63,060 bases of DNA, filler included, from Streblomastix strix (GCA_008636045.1; 3 parts of 3 records of this genome joined end to end with filler, not necessarily neighbours in it), one strand, 5' to 3'. Counted from the whole stretch's first letter, positions 1-13,938 are shown. A program made the numbers and translations. The notes: generated from the letters alone by a model not told the origin.

Positions 1-330
1 TATACAAAGTCTATCAGAACGAATTGGCCAAATTTAGTATAATAATTACTTATTTGAATTATTGATTATAATTACTCCTGGAATGAATCTGTAGAGTTTA
101 TGCGAGCAATTCTCAATATAAATTGAACGTTTTTGAATATTTATGCACGCTTGAGCTATTTGCTCGCCTTAATTTGAATATATATTATATCTTTCATTAG
201 TACAGGCTTCGCTTATCCTATACTACTGGGAAAAAAACTACTCAATGGTTTTTAGAACAGAGGTGTGAAAAACCTTTTTCATATCCTGATAAATTATTTC
301 TGAAATTATCATTTTTATCTTATATATAAA

Positions 331-3300
331 ATGGTATTAACCAAATAATAAGTGCTAAATTTGCTACGAATTATATTGCCCTAACTATAAGATAAAAATA
401 CTTATAAGTAATTAAAATAACAATTGAATCGTGTATTAGATAAAAATAACTTTCCATCCTATGGGTCAAGAAATAACTATAATGTATTTAAGCAATTAGT
501 GACTGATTTAGAAGCGAGAATAGATAACAAATTTTATTCACGTAAACTAATACCTAAATAAGAGTACTTTAATAAAGTAAAGTAATAATTAGAGTAATAA
601 TTGTAGTATATATTTTAACCGCAACTACAAGAAATTAAATAACAGATAAAGTCAACAAAAGAGCGTAAGTTTATAAATATAATAAACGAAGGAGTATTAT
701 TATTAGCTCAACTTCACGATCTAGATGATTTCACTAAAATTTTCATTGATACCAAATCTAATTTTTAAGATTAGAACCACACCGAACGTAACCTAAAAAC
801 TACAGCACATTATAATAATTAGATAACTAGCGTATTAGATATATATAATTTAATTGACCAAATTCACATTAATATGGCTTATAAGATATAAAAATTAGCT
901 ATAGACTTAGGTTTCATTTACGTGCGAAAAGATAGAGATAAGAATATTGATGAACGAATTACTGATGGTTATATTATCCCAAGAGAATCAATGACAGAAA
1001 GAAGAGATCCAATATTAGTATGATCTTAATAAGATATTGAATTATATATAGAGTATATTTAATCAATTATCATATCTATATAAGAGAAAACATTATCCGA
1101 TACAAAAGAGAAATACATAGCGATACATTCTATCTATGCCATTACTTATTTACTTCCTATTAGTGGAAAACCAATATTTTCAATAAAAATTCATCTTAGT
1201 AAAAAGCATCAATGTCTCAGATATATCAATTCTCCCTATCCCAACGCATGTGTATTGGAAGCAATAGCGAGACATCTATTAAAAGATACTAAAGAGAAAA
1301 GATATAGTGATAGTTAAGTGCTCCATAAAATGAAAGAAATAGATACTTTATTTTACGGTGATTTTAATCCTCAAACATTTGAGGGATTCAATTACGCAAA
1401 AGATATATATAAAATCCATCAACATTTAAAACTATCAGTTAATTTCTTTTCATACGAGTAGGATGATGATTCTTTTCGCTATTACTTATCATAATCTTTT
1501 CCAATTTAAGGTGATGATGAAATCAATTTATTACTTATCTAATCAGAGGAATTAAACGGTATAAATATTCATACACTATTGATGACTGACAAATTACGCC
1601 TCACTGGATTATTATTTTGCCCCAATTGTTAGAATCATTATTTTAAATAAGATTAGCATATTAAAGGGAGTACGGAGAAACATGTGGCGAAATGTAAAAG
1701 GAAAATAGTGAAATAGATTATACTTGATTATTAACAGAGACCATTTGTTCCCCACATTATGTAAAATAAGACTTATCGTTATCTTCTTGCTAATGGTCGA
1801 TAATATGAATTTAGGCCTACGTAATATTTTATCACTTATGAATTTGAAACTTATGAAAAGAAAGTGGATACTAAATTTGGGAAAGAAAATAAGTTGATAA
1901 GCTAACTTATACCATTAAGTGTGACATCAACTATTCATTCCTCCAAAGGCAATAAATCTATATATTATAATATTAGATTGGGTAAAAATTTTATTAATAA
2001 ATGGATAAAATAGCTTTTTAATGAAGCAGTATAAATCAAACATGATAATAATTATACCGATGAAAATGTACTTTATTCAATTGAAGTTTCTATAATCGGA
2101 TATAATTCTGCAAAAATTGATATGTCATTATTATTTCCGTATATGTAATCAAGCTAATAGAAAATAACTAATTATATTAGGTCATCATAAATGTGTAAAC
2201 AATTAATTGTGTCATATAATAATAAGAGTAAAAAGCTTAAATTTCTCGATGCTTTCTTATATATTGCTCTACCAATGACGCTGATCTAATTCGTACTTAA
2301 TTTTTCAGATTAATAATAGTCTAAAGGTTTATTTCCCAATGATTAGTTTAGAGATGATTATGAGGAATAATTAAATAAATCAGCCTCTTTTAAATAATCA
2401 GGTTTCAATAACACATTGAAAAATACTAGTATATCTAATCAAGAGTATTAATTATATCTATAAGAATATAAGTTATTTGAAAACAGATGGGATTATTTAA
2501 GACATTATAATATACTAGATACTTGTATCAAGATTGAACCATTATTAAATTTGATTAACCTATTCTTCGAATATAAGGTTGATATGTTATAACATATGTC
2601 TATGGCTAGTTGCGCTAACGCAATAAAATATTCAATAGCGTATAATTATTTTAAAATAGATGGAAATTATAACAATCCAACATTTAATCTACCATTTTAT
2701 CTTACACCGCAGTACCGGAACACTGAAGTGTAATGATATAAATAATAAGATCAAACTGCGAAAAGAGATATAACTAATTATGTAACTAATGATGATTACT
2801 AATATTTTCGATAGTTAATAAAAAAGCCTTATTACATTTGTCACGAACAATTTACGTTTAAAAATAGACCTATATTAGATCGTATTGATAATTCATATCC
2901 ACATACTAAGGATAATGTCCGATAATGTTGTTTATATTGTAACTCAACGAAAGGAAATAGAAATGAGTTAGGGATGAAATTACTTATCCAATTAAAGAAA
3001 TTCTGTAATAGATATAATTTTCCTACAACAACTAATAATTATCGAGTTTATTAAACATTGAGAGAAGATATCACAGGCAGATTATCGAATGTAATGAATC
3101 GGGTAAATAAACGAGGTCAGACTAAAATTAAGAAATTATTTTATGTAAATAACAAAATAAAAGTAATCGAAACAAATAATATGGTCACTAATATAATAGG
3201 CTTAGATTTTAATTAATTGCATCCAGGTGTTATGAGCAGTCAACATAATGAATTATGCCCTTACACTTAAGGGAATATGTATACAGATGGAATAGTAAAA

Positions 3301-4584
3301 GAAGTAATTAACGTGGAAAACGATCTATAAAAAGAACAGTCTATAATTATAATCGAGTCACCTTCTAGATTTACAGCCGCAGGATAATTATTCATTGCTA
3401 CAATTAAGGGACAAACCGAAAACATTAATGAATGTATTAATTTCTCACCTATATTGAGAAATTTAACATACGTAACTGATGAAAATACAATTGATAGTTA
3501 TATTTATAATTTTATTAAAGCTAATTATATAAAAGTGGATAAAGAAGAGAGGATGCTAACCCAATTGTTATCGACACATGATTAATTTATGACAATTTCC
3601 AATTACTATTTACAGTTTTTAATTGACAAATATCATTTTATAATTGATGATATAAGTTAACTTATTCTTTTTACTAAACATAATAGGTTTTCCGGGTTTG
3701 TTTACACTTTTATGAACAGGAGAGTAAAAGCTATTGAGTAAAATAATAAACAGTTAAATCAATTTTATAAGATAGTTATGATCGCAAGCTATGGATCTGA
3801 AAGTAAGAATACCGAGAAATTTAGTAATATAAAATTAAATTCAAAGGCTGACATATTCATTACTCACTTAATAGATAATTTTATGAGTGAGCGATAGCTA
3901 AAAGATAAACTTTATGCTGTGTAGGTTAGCACAGATAAATGTAAATGTATGATTCTATTATAAGAAGCTTATTTTACTTTAGATGACGCTGTGTATTTGT
4001 ATCTTAATTTTATATATAATTTTTTATACAAATGCCTTGATAAATATAGGTTTCATTTTATTGAAGGTGATACTGACTCAATGTACTTTGCAGTAGCAGG
4101 ATATATTAATGAGTCAATTAATCAATGGTTTAAATTTATCATTACTGATTAATAATTTTATGACGATAAAGGTAAGTATTATTTTCCTACAACTAACAAC
4201 CTAAAAGAATAGAAGAAATTATTAGTGCTATCAATCGTAAAGGTAGGTGATATAATGATAGCTGTTTCACCTAAGAATTACTATATTAACACTGTATCTG
4301 ACGAAATCATTAAATTGAAAGGAGTTAGTTAGAAATAGAATATTATAACTAAGTAAAATATAATTGATTGTATCAGCGGAAATATAATGAAGTGTGAAAA
4401 TATGCGATTAGGATAAAAAGATGGGGTTATGTCGAAATTAGCTCAAACGAAAAATACTCTCACTGGCGTACATACTAAAGGTATTATTTTACCTAATAGT
4501 TAATTATCAGCACCGTTTATTTATTAATTATCAGCGAGTAACTATATAGATCTTTAACCAACAATAAATGATCCCTTTGAATGA
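331..4584 (+). pseudogene. polB: Protein-primed family B DNA polymerase (pPolB), ~1417 codons, with internal HNH-like domain
   Basis: One frame throughout. ExoI ITYEFET, ExoII IGYNSAKID, ExoIII YNILD, motif A LDFNQLHPGVM, motif B KIVMIASYG, motif C IEGDTDSMY, plus SPKNY and KLKGV. In-frame TGA at 1021 and 2734. Confidence 0.93.
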
Positions 4585-4696
4585 AACGATGAATTACGAG
4601 CTCGAATAATTGGGTATTAATTGGAAGGAGCTGATTAAGAAGATATTCGACATAGCTATAAAATATACCTGTGAAAGTAAGATTTGTAATAATTGA
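4568..4696 (+). CDS. Conserved 42-aa viral microprotein
   Basis: MIPLNETMNYELEQLGINWKELIKKIFDIAIKYTCESKICNN*. A clear homolog lies at 52377-52502. Confidence 0.75.
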
Positions 4697-5339
4697 AAAA
4701 GGTTAATTGCGCTTCCGTTTTATTTTTGGGTCTACTGAAGTTCAGCCGACCTTTACATTAAATTAAAAGTTAAGGGAATAAATTTTCCCCCTAACATTTT
4801 TTGTTTTTTTTATTTACTAATAAATGATATGTTGTTCATACAACGAATATTCATTAAATAGTGATGTAATAGATAACTTAAGTTATGATAGAAGAGATCT
4901 ATTACCCTCATATGATAAATCAATATTAATATTGACACATGATTAATTTAAAGAATTCAAAAAATCTACGATAATATTATAGAAACAAGTGAAAAATAAC
5001 GTATTGATTTCAATAATAATAGACTAAGGAGAATGATTTATCATAATCGTTAATGTTTCGATGAATGTATATTTTAAACAGAAGAAGTTTAATTTGATTG
5101 GTCACCATTTCATAAATAATATATATGATTATACTCTTTGAGTCCAAGAATCTACAATTATTATTTTTTGTTATAATTAACGACTGCCAAAATTTAGATA
5201 CTCGACTTTTTACACAGCTTGGAAAATCAAATTAACGATAAAATTATCTACTTCAGAAATTTCGGAGCTAGACTTTTTATAAAAAGGGTGCAAAAAACCT
5301 TTTCTAATTTTTTTCATAACTATCTTGAAAAATAACTTT

Positions 5340-7294
5340 TCATCCTGCGGTTATCATACTTCCACTAATCTCCCCGATTACTTCCAAATTTAGCACTTCG
5401 GGATCAGGGTTATCATCAAACATGATTCTAATGACCGCGTCATAGAGGAAATGTAACATTGGAGTTTGACTCACTTACCAGCTCATTGAATAGCTTCTTG
5501 TTCCAATAAATCCTTCTAATGTGTTTTAATTCTCAGGGTAAATAGTATCATCATTAATTTTAAGATTATCAATTATACCTGTTATTATTTATGTGTTTAG
5601 TATAGTCTGTATATTTGTTCTCGCACCAAGTCTAGAACTTTTATATCCTTGCATAAAAGAATCATCAGTAGCTAATTTCCATGCGAATATATATTTATTA
5701 GGATAATATGTTTTAACACCTTTAGAGCCCTTAAACAGCGTTGTGCTATAAAGTATATTGTCTTAATTTTCTTTAGGCCCATCATTTTATCCATACCAAT
5801 ATTTCTTATCATTTATATTAACTTTCTCGATAATAAGTGAATGATATGGATCACTAGATGGAGATATAATATCTTGATAAATAGAACATTAAATATTGAT
5901 CCTTTAGTCGATTAAGTATGTGCTTCGTAAGGGAAAGGAACAGCGTGACGTTAATCAATTATAAGGTCAATATTATAACAAAGCATTGGAAAAAACCATG
6001 AGGGATACTGGGGCATATCAATCGTTATAAACATAGCCTTGATGTTAGAAAATGACATTATACTCTATATTTACCCACTACTTGGTTCAAAATTGTTCAT
6101 AGTACAATTTGATGATAGTGATTTAAGAACTTAGGTAGGGAAATGTATTACATTCTATGCTCTTATCATATCAATTATTACACTTTCATTTTCCATAGTA
6201 AAACAAAGATTATGGATGGATAAATATTCAAAGAAAGCATTATTTAATTTTTATATACTATTTTTAGGGTCAATGGAATCATCTTATAGATTTTTACAAT
6301 TAATCATTCGTTCGGAATATTAGTTGTATTGAAGATCTGCATCATGTCATTAGGAAAATTATATCAGATTTCTCAGGCAGAATCATTGTGTTTGCAAGAT
6401 GTCGGTCAAATTGAGGTAATTATTTATTTAATCACAATATTTTTAAATCTTGTAGAAAATCAGTCATCCGTAGTTATAAATACAGATTGGCATAATTTCT
6501 AGTGAGTACAGGAAATTCATTAAATATCGGGTTCAATTAGTTCAAATCCGATACTCCACCAAAAGTAATGGGATCAGGTATTTTATAATAGTAATCATTA
6601 GTACTTACCTTAATTTTTTCACATGGAATGTAAATCAATACTCCACAATGATATTTTCCCTATGTTATACTTTCAAAGGGTGACACTATCACACTATTAT
6701 TAATAGTTAAATCAGATAAAGAATTGGAACAAATAATAGCTTATTCGCGAGCATAAATAGATGTCTCCCAAAGCTTTGAATTATCCTTATATATAGCCAC
6801 TTATTAGAAAGGTCCACAAGCTGTGGAGAATCCGAGCCAAAATTTGAGTGTTTCGTCGCTATGATATTTTATATATTTTATTTAATATCTTTATTGTTTG
6901 GCAAAGGTGCAGCTGCTGTCTTTGTTCCATTAAAGTCAGTCAATTAACTCGCTAATTCAATATCTTAATTTATTCCTTTTTCCGTGTTGATTGCATTGAG
7001 TTAGATACCCAAAGTATTAGCGGATATAGTAATTATCCAATTAACTTAACACGTCTAAACACAGCAACAAGTAGCTGAACCTCTAACACCAAGAGGAGCT
7101 CTTGTTTATCTCGTACCATTAGAAAATAAGGTATTTACTGGTTGATCTAAAATTTCTTATCTTGATAGATGGAATGATTGTGGTTCAATTGTCAATGTTC
7201 GCATAACTTTATTAAGACCCTAATATGAAGAAAGATAATCCGAATATGAAGCTTTCGATAACCTTGAAAGGTAATCCTGTGTGCTAAAGCTCAT
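5340..7294 (-). pseudogene. Putative major capsid protein (double jelly-roll, inferred)
   Basis: ~650 codons, MSFSTQDYL...FWLGFSTACGPF...SIYAREQA...TPMLHFL. Homologous along its length to 50344-52326. Frameshift near 6870 and internal TGAs. Capsid identity is inferred from size, conservation and context. Confidence 0.7.
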
Positions 7295-7329
7295 TTTAAT
7301 ATATAGAATAACTTTTAAAATTATTATAA

Positions 7330-7533
7330 ATGGGTTTTTGGTCAGGTCATAAGAATTTTAGTTCAAAAATATAAACGGGAGTAACTTCCGCCGCTAAATG
7401 GGTCGCATCGGTTTTATATAAAGTTATGGGAGCTATTAGTGATCCATAAGGCGCAATTAATCCGACAGCAGGTATGATTGCGAAAGGAGTTGGTGCAGCT
7501 GCAGGTATGGCGAATAAGTTTTTAAATCGATGA
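7330..7533 (+). CDS. 67-aa protein with adenovirus protein VI-like N-terminal amphipathic helix
   Basis: MGFWSGHKNFSSKIQTGVTSAAKWVA...GAAAGMANKFLNR*. Divergent from the MCP gene. Homolog at 50071-50277 in the same arrangement. Confidence 0.75.
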
Positions 7534-7865
7534 TAATTTTTCACTAATGATTGAATTAATATAGTCGGTAGAAATTGACCCAGTCCAAATTTAAAACAGA
7601 GGTTCAATTTGCTTTTTTCTATTTTTGTTAGGAATGATTTTATTTTTGTATCTAAAAGTGATTAAAACGAAGAATTTTCGTTCAAAAATATTAAGCGGTG
7701 TAAAAAAATCTACAGGTTACGTTCCAAGTTAACTTCACAAATAGCTATCCTCGACATTAATGAGAAGTTATGCCATATAAATAAAACCGATACATTTATA
7801 ATCAAAATCAATAGATTACATATATCATTCAAGAAATATTTCAAAATGATTTTTATTTATTACAA

Positions 7866-8195
7866 ATGGAATCACTAATAATATAACTGAAGTAATTAAT
7901 TAAATAATTATCCAAAAATAATATATAGGAAGATATGATATAATAAATATTACAATAATTGAAAGAGTTAATATAACCATCAAATATGTAATTAATTAAT
8001 CCGCTAATATAAGGGTTAAAAAGAATAAAATAATAATTCGATATACAATAATTTAAATTGTAATTTTTAATAAGTAAGCAGAGTAAGAGTAATATTTTAA
8101 TAAAATTTATACTTAAAATAATCACATACATATTGATTAATATAACTAGTACAAATAATTAAATATTGCTCAAGCTTAACAAATTAACAAACTGA
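7866..8195 (+). CDS. Hypothetical viral protein, 109 aa, helical
   Basis: Open ATG-to-TGA frame under TAR=Gln (MESLIIQLKQLIKQLSK...). No recognisable motif. Confidence 0.35.
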
Positions 8196-8458
8196 AATAG
8201 TACATATTTAACTGAAGCATTAGATGATGAAAAATAAACATATATAAATTTTAACTCTGAATATGATAATAAACTAATCTGTAACTATTATTCATTGATC
8301 TCAATTTGAAACGATTATACTGTTTGAGTTAGAGGAGCTCAGACCATTTAATCTCTAAAAATCTTCGATTATTATTTTTAAACTGACACTTTTGTCGGCT
8401 AGCAATTTTCGCTAATTTTATCACGTATACCTGCTACGATCGAAACGTGCTAATTTTT

Positions 8459-9018
8459 TCAATATACTTCATAGTAGTTATATATAATTATTAAGGTTAA
8501 TATTATTATTATTCCTCCTCCTCTTCATATTCTTCTTATTTTATTTATTTAGACTATAGTTTTGGCTTAGATTATTTTAACGCTTTCTATTTATTTTTAT
8601 ATTTCTCATTTTATTTAACTATATCTGTGTGCTTTTATTTTATGTATTTATTTTCAGTTCGAAGTGAAATTAGCTCTTCAAAATCAAGTTATGGATTAAT
8701 ATATTTAACATATGGTTTATTTCATACTACTCTTTTAATATGCTTATGTTTTTGTCATTACTACTCTTCTTCTTTAACCTATGAATTATCACTTTAACTA
8801 TCTTCAGAGTCAGATTCGAATAGTTTCCATCAAATCAAGCCTTCAATTTATATCTTATGTTAATTTTATCCCCTAACTTACAACATTAGCTTATTTTATT
8901 AGGCTTATGTTACTGCTTTAAGGCCGCGTTTTCCATCTTCGAAACACTTGATTTACTTTTTGTCTCGGATGAAATACCCTCCATCAAAGTATTCGGAATT
9001 AGTTTCATTTTCCATCAT
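8459..9018 (-). pseudogene. Conserved viral hypothetical protein (EYFDxGY / NPQLDxEELIxLRTEN)
   Basis: ETNSEYFDGGYF and INPQLDFEELISLRTEN match the product of 54537-55166. Frameshifted; start uncertain. Confidence 0.65.
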
Positions 9019-9076
9019 AAATTTTTACGCTTACGACTTATCAATTTAATTATCGAGAAATTTCTGTTTTAATTAA

Positions 9077-9808
9077 ATGATATATGGAGTAAAATATAAT
9101 TAATTGAGACAATCTAAAAGTAAGAAATAAATGAAAGAACTAACCTATACCACTAGTTAATAAAGATTATAGTATGTGGATAATTTAATTGCTAAAGCTA
9201 TGACCAATGAGTAAGTATAGTAATAATCTGAATCAATAATATCACCTAGAAATTAATAAAGATAATTCAATAAAAATAAGTATACTGACGCTGATCGTAC
9301 AACTGCTTAAGTTACGCCATAAGAAGTATTGGATAAATTATCATAATCAACAATTGAAATACTGCCTTAACCAATAATTATTCCACAAATGATTTAAGCA
9401 AATGTTACTGATAATCATTTGAACGCTTATTTATCCCATCTAAATTTAGAGGTTATAAAGTTTGTTTTGGATTGTATTGGAAGAATAGTTACTAATCGAA
9501 ATAAAGGGGATGATTATATATTGTTGAGTGATAATTTCAATAAATTTTGGTCAATAGTTACCTAAGAAAAAGAAGATGATATTGAAATTGTATTAGAGGA
9601 ATCTATTATAGCAACACACTCTAGCCTAAGTAAATAATGTAAGAAGAAGGAGTTAGTTAGAGTTATTGATGTTTTGATAAAAAATGTATCGATTAATACA
9701 CAGGATAATGTGCTCTGGAATAGCGTGGAGAAATTATATAGAATAAATAAAGATCTAGTTAGACTATTCGATGTGCCATCATAAGACATTGACCTTTACG
9801 AATTTTGA
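9077..9808 (+). CDS. Conserved viral hypothetical protein, 243 aa
   Basis: Intact frame. DRTTAQVTP, NLEVIKFVLD and EDDIEIVLEE match 53771-54459. Confidence 0.75.
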
Positions 9809-10052
9809 AAAAGACAAATTGCACTTCTGTTTTAAATTTGGCGTTGGCTCGAATTAAGCTGACCCCCTCAAAATCAATGATACTCGGTGGTGGTGAAATC
9901 TACCGACACTCTAAAAATAATGATATTGGTGAAACACTAATTTATTATTCCATCAGATAACAAATAAGTTATGGGACTAATTTTAGGTCCTGATTATTTT
10001 GCCTCTGATAAATGAATAAGTTGACAATTATTATTTTTTGTCATCAATATAA

Positions 10053-11090
10053 ATGGATGATTTAGAATTATCAATCGAAGAATAAATGTAGGCAATGAAA
10101 GATGAATTGTCTAAAATATTATAGGAATAATTTAAGTAAAATAAATTTAAATTATTATGAGATAAATTATCCCCATATCTGACTTATTGTTCTCAAGTAT
10201 TTCACTTATTTTAGCTAATATTTTCGATCTGAAGAATGTTAATGTTAACCATTTGATCACTCAGGATTATTTACAATAAGTATTGAATAAGAAATTATTG
10301 GAACAAAAATATTCGATTAATTTTCGAAAAAAATGGCACTGCAAAATAATTGTTACTCGCTAATGGAGATATTACTGATGTAGGTGATTTTTTTGCAAAA
10401 GGAAAGACCTTACACTTTAACAGATTTTACATTACAGCCAATTTCGATATTAATTGATACAAAAGGCGTAAGAATAAGAATAATTAGAGAAATTGGAGGT
10501 TAGCCAAGTAATATATCTTTGGGAACAAATGTCTATAAACCAATTGGTGGAGTATCAACTTTAGAATACAGTTGGGTAATTACAGTATAATCCGGTTAAT
10601 TCGCACATCGGTTAATTCGCACCATATGTATAATTCGCACTATTATATTATTTGAGGAAATGTCACTGTTTCTCTATTAATTTCATATAAATAATTCGCA
10701 CAAAAATTTTATAATTCGCACTTAAAACATAATAAATTTATAAAAGTAATTTTTGTTTCTTAAATTAATTATGAAAAATTTTAAAATTTAATGTAAATAT
10801 TTAAAGTTTATTATTATAAATTACTGTTTATATAGTATCATACATAAAATTTTCAAAAATACAAAGATTTTTTTAGTTTTAAAAAAAATCGAAAAAATAG
10901 TTATTTTTTTGAAATTTAAAAAAAAATTCTTTGATTTTTTTACTTATAAAAGTGCGAATTAACTTAATTCGCACTCGCATTTTTTTCGCCGATGGTAGTG
11001 CGAATTAGCCGGATTTTACTGTATTTCTTAATTTGATGGCACATGAACATGGCTTTGTGATGCTCCATTCTAGACATAGAAAGATGATGA
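10053..11090 (+). pseudogene. Fibre-like structural protein, interrupted by MITE
   Basis: FTYFSQYFR and GTAKQLLLANGD match FNYLSQFFR and GTSNQILLANRD of 52521-53279. Stops and frameshifts; 3' end approximate. Confidence 0.55.
10583..11021. mobile_element. Tc1/mariner/pogo-type MITE, 439 bp
   Basis: 24-bp TIRs CAGTATAATCCGGTTAATTCGCAC / GTGCGAATTAGCCGGATTTTACTG (2 mismatches). TA target duplication at 10581-82 and 11022-23. Internal TAATTCGCAC repeats; no ORF. Confidence 0.92.
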
Positions 11091-11810
11091 TCATAAAAAT
11101 ATTAATAAATATATATATATATATAGATAGAGATTGTAGCTAATTAAAATTCAATGGCTATGTCGTTGACACTACATCAGCAAAAAGCGGGACCTTTCAT
11201 GTGGGAGATTATTTAATTGGATTGAGTTAGGGCTCTTTAGTTTTACATAGCAACGGTATTGCATATATAAGCTTGTATCTTCGTTAGACTTCATAAGGTG
11301 GTTCGATTAGTATTCCTATAATTGTGGGATACGTTGATGATGAATTTATCCCTAAATTTTCGGAGTTCATAACCATGTAACATTTAACTGTTTCATCAAT
11401 TAATGTAAATTAATATCTCAGTAGCGTTGTATATTAATAAGGTTAAGTTATTATCAATTCTAATTCCTATATTATTTTATCTTTACCATTAAATCTATAA
11501 ATTAATGGAACATATTTTATTAATTTTATTTCATTAGTAAATTGAATTTCTAACTTCTTCGCTAATTTCTTCGTTATCTATTTTTATCTACAGTAGAGAA
11601 AATATACAACCTAATACATGATTGCAAGCTATTATCATTAATGATATACTACTAATTATTTCCCAGCATAACATTTAAATCAATAATAAAATCATTAATT
11701 TCCCAAAAATAGAATTAAGGAAAAAATGCATTAAATATTTTCGTATTTTAGTTTATTTTCCTCTGTTTATTTTTTGGGTTGTGACCTTTTTGGGCCTGAC
11801 CTCCAACAAC

Positions 11811-12839
11811 TCAATTTTATCGTTTTAATATATTGAAATTATTAAATGATTTATTTTTTATGATCAATTCATATTTCTATAGACTATTATATATAATTAT
11901 AAATTTCTATTCGTTTATGCCACTTTCATTGTTTTCTTCATATATTTATTTCAAATCTTATTCGACTATATTAGCGCCAACAGCTATCAAATGGCATAAT
12001 ACTCTAGCAGATTTAAATAGATACTATGGCCTTTAAACACAGAAGAATATGGTATTTTTACTATGTCTACTGTCATTAACTAAATGAGTAATTGACCTCG
12101 CTAGTTCACTAGTATATCTTTATATATTAGTATTTGACCCAATATCATCGAATATCATTAATGTAGAAAGTAATGAAGCATTGACAAAAATTGGCAAACG
12201 TATAAGTTCTTATTCTCATTCTCTAATATCTTTTGATTCGATTATTTTTAGCTTCTTGGAATATTAAACACGATTAATAATAGATGGGATGTCGAATCGC
12301 ATTAATGTTTTTTGTTTATTAAACTCATTTATTATTTTAATACATTCAGATTAGAAAATATCTCGAAGTCTATGTCGATATTATTTATCTGCCTCATCTC
12401 TTTACTGTTTATTATTATCCATTATTGATTCCTTCATTCTAGTTATACAACCAGAATCATATTTAATGTCTCTCTCTTTTAATATCCAATAAGTATGTAC
12501 CTCTTTCACTTTATATTTAATCTCATCAAATTAAGGAAGAAATGATTAAGCTTCCGCGAAAGTTATGTTAATAAATTTAATCCATTTATTATTTAAATTT
12601 ATCGCTAATGTTTCATCAGGTCCGAAATTCAAGACGTATAATAAAAGAAGATGAATGTATCGTTAATATAGTACTGTTAATTTGGCCATTAACGTTGTCT
12701 TTCCACTACCTACTGATCCTACAATATAATGATTAGCATTAATGAGAAAGATTGAATAAGAGGCTAATGGCCTTATCTTATACTCATCTAATAGCGATTG
12801 ATCGTCGAAAGATACTTAATTAATTTACTATTGAGTCAT
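11811..12839 (-). pseudogene. A32/FtsK-HerA-type genome packaging ATPase
   Basis: Walker A GSVGSGKT, Walker B LMIFDD, arginine finger DSRH, sensor CVQ (Q encoded by TAA). One in-frame TGA near 12217. Confidence 0.9.
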
Positions 12840-13321
12840 TTAAGTGAAGTTAACTGAATGTGATAAGTGTCATATAAATTGTTTTAAATTATTTATTTTA
12901 TGGTATTAATTTTATTGCATCGATAATAAGCGTTACTGTTCCTATTGAGAATATTAATCTTATTAAATAATTATGAGGATATTTAGATATAATATTGGTT
13001 CCTATTAGTATTCATGTATATATAATTTAATTTTGCTACCGTAGAAAGAAGATGAAGAGTGCTAGTAAGACAATTATAGAATAATATACTGTTGAGTAAT
13101 TAGAATAGCTAATTAGCAGGGCTGTTCGGGATAATGATATTATAATAGCGAAATAATATCGATACCAGCTATATCTAAAGTTATTGAACTAAAATTGATT
13201 TTATATTCCACCCAGAAATTTAGGCGACTCGATTTTTTTCAAACTTGGGCAATTCTAATTTTAAACCGGAGGTGCAAAAAACCTTTTTTATATTTCTTTT
13301 ATTTTTTAATCCAGATATTAA

Positions 13322-13938
13322 ATGACATATCTAGTTAAAGAATAAATCGAGGAAAGAATAACTCGTATTATCAATTAAAAATAAGATTTTGAACCAATAA
13401 CTGAATACCCCCGATATATAATCAATGAAAAATCGTTACATGTATGGTATGCAAAATTAGATAGAGAAGTAAAACCTCATTCGAAAAGGAATAGATAAGG
13501 ATCTTATATCGGTAAATAGATTTAATTAAGTGATGAAAATAATATGCGACATGAACTAGCCTTTGACAAAATAGTGGCTGTATAATTTATATTTAATCGA
13601 AAAAATAAAGTATACCATTTAGATAATGACATTGAAAATAATTCAGTTGATAATTTGTTATGAGTTAATGATTTTCATTGTACCTTATATATAATCCAAA
13701 TAAATATGATCGTATAATAGCCGAAGATAAAATGAGAAAAAAGATAACAGATATACTATCCTATGAGAGTCATCCTCTGGGTAACTACTTCATTAATGAA
13801 TCGTATAATGTTTAGTTTTTTAACGAAGAGAATTATACTTATATGGAGTTAATTGAATAAGGTAAATATGTAATAGCTTATGATACAAATAAAATATAAT
13901 TTAAGATATATATTGAAACTATTTTAAAACAATTATGA
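13322..13938 (+). pseudogene. HNH homing-endonuclease-like protein (degenerate)
   Basis: FEPITEYPRYIIN...KIVAVQFI...VYHLDNDIENNSVDNLL*V. TGA at the usual Trp position, plus a frameshift. Confidence 0.7.
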
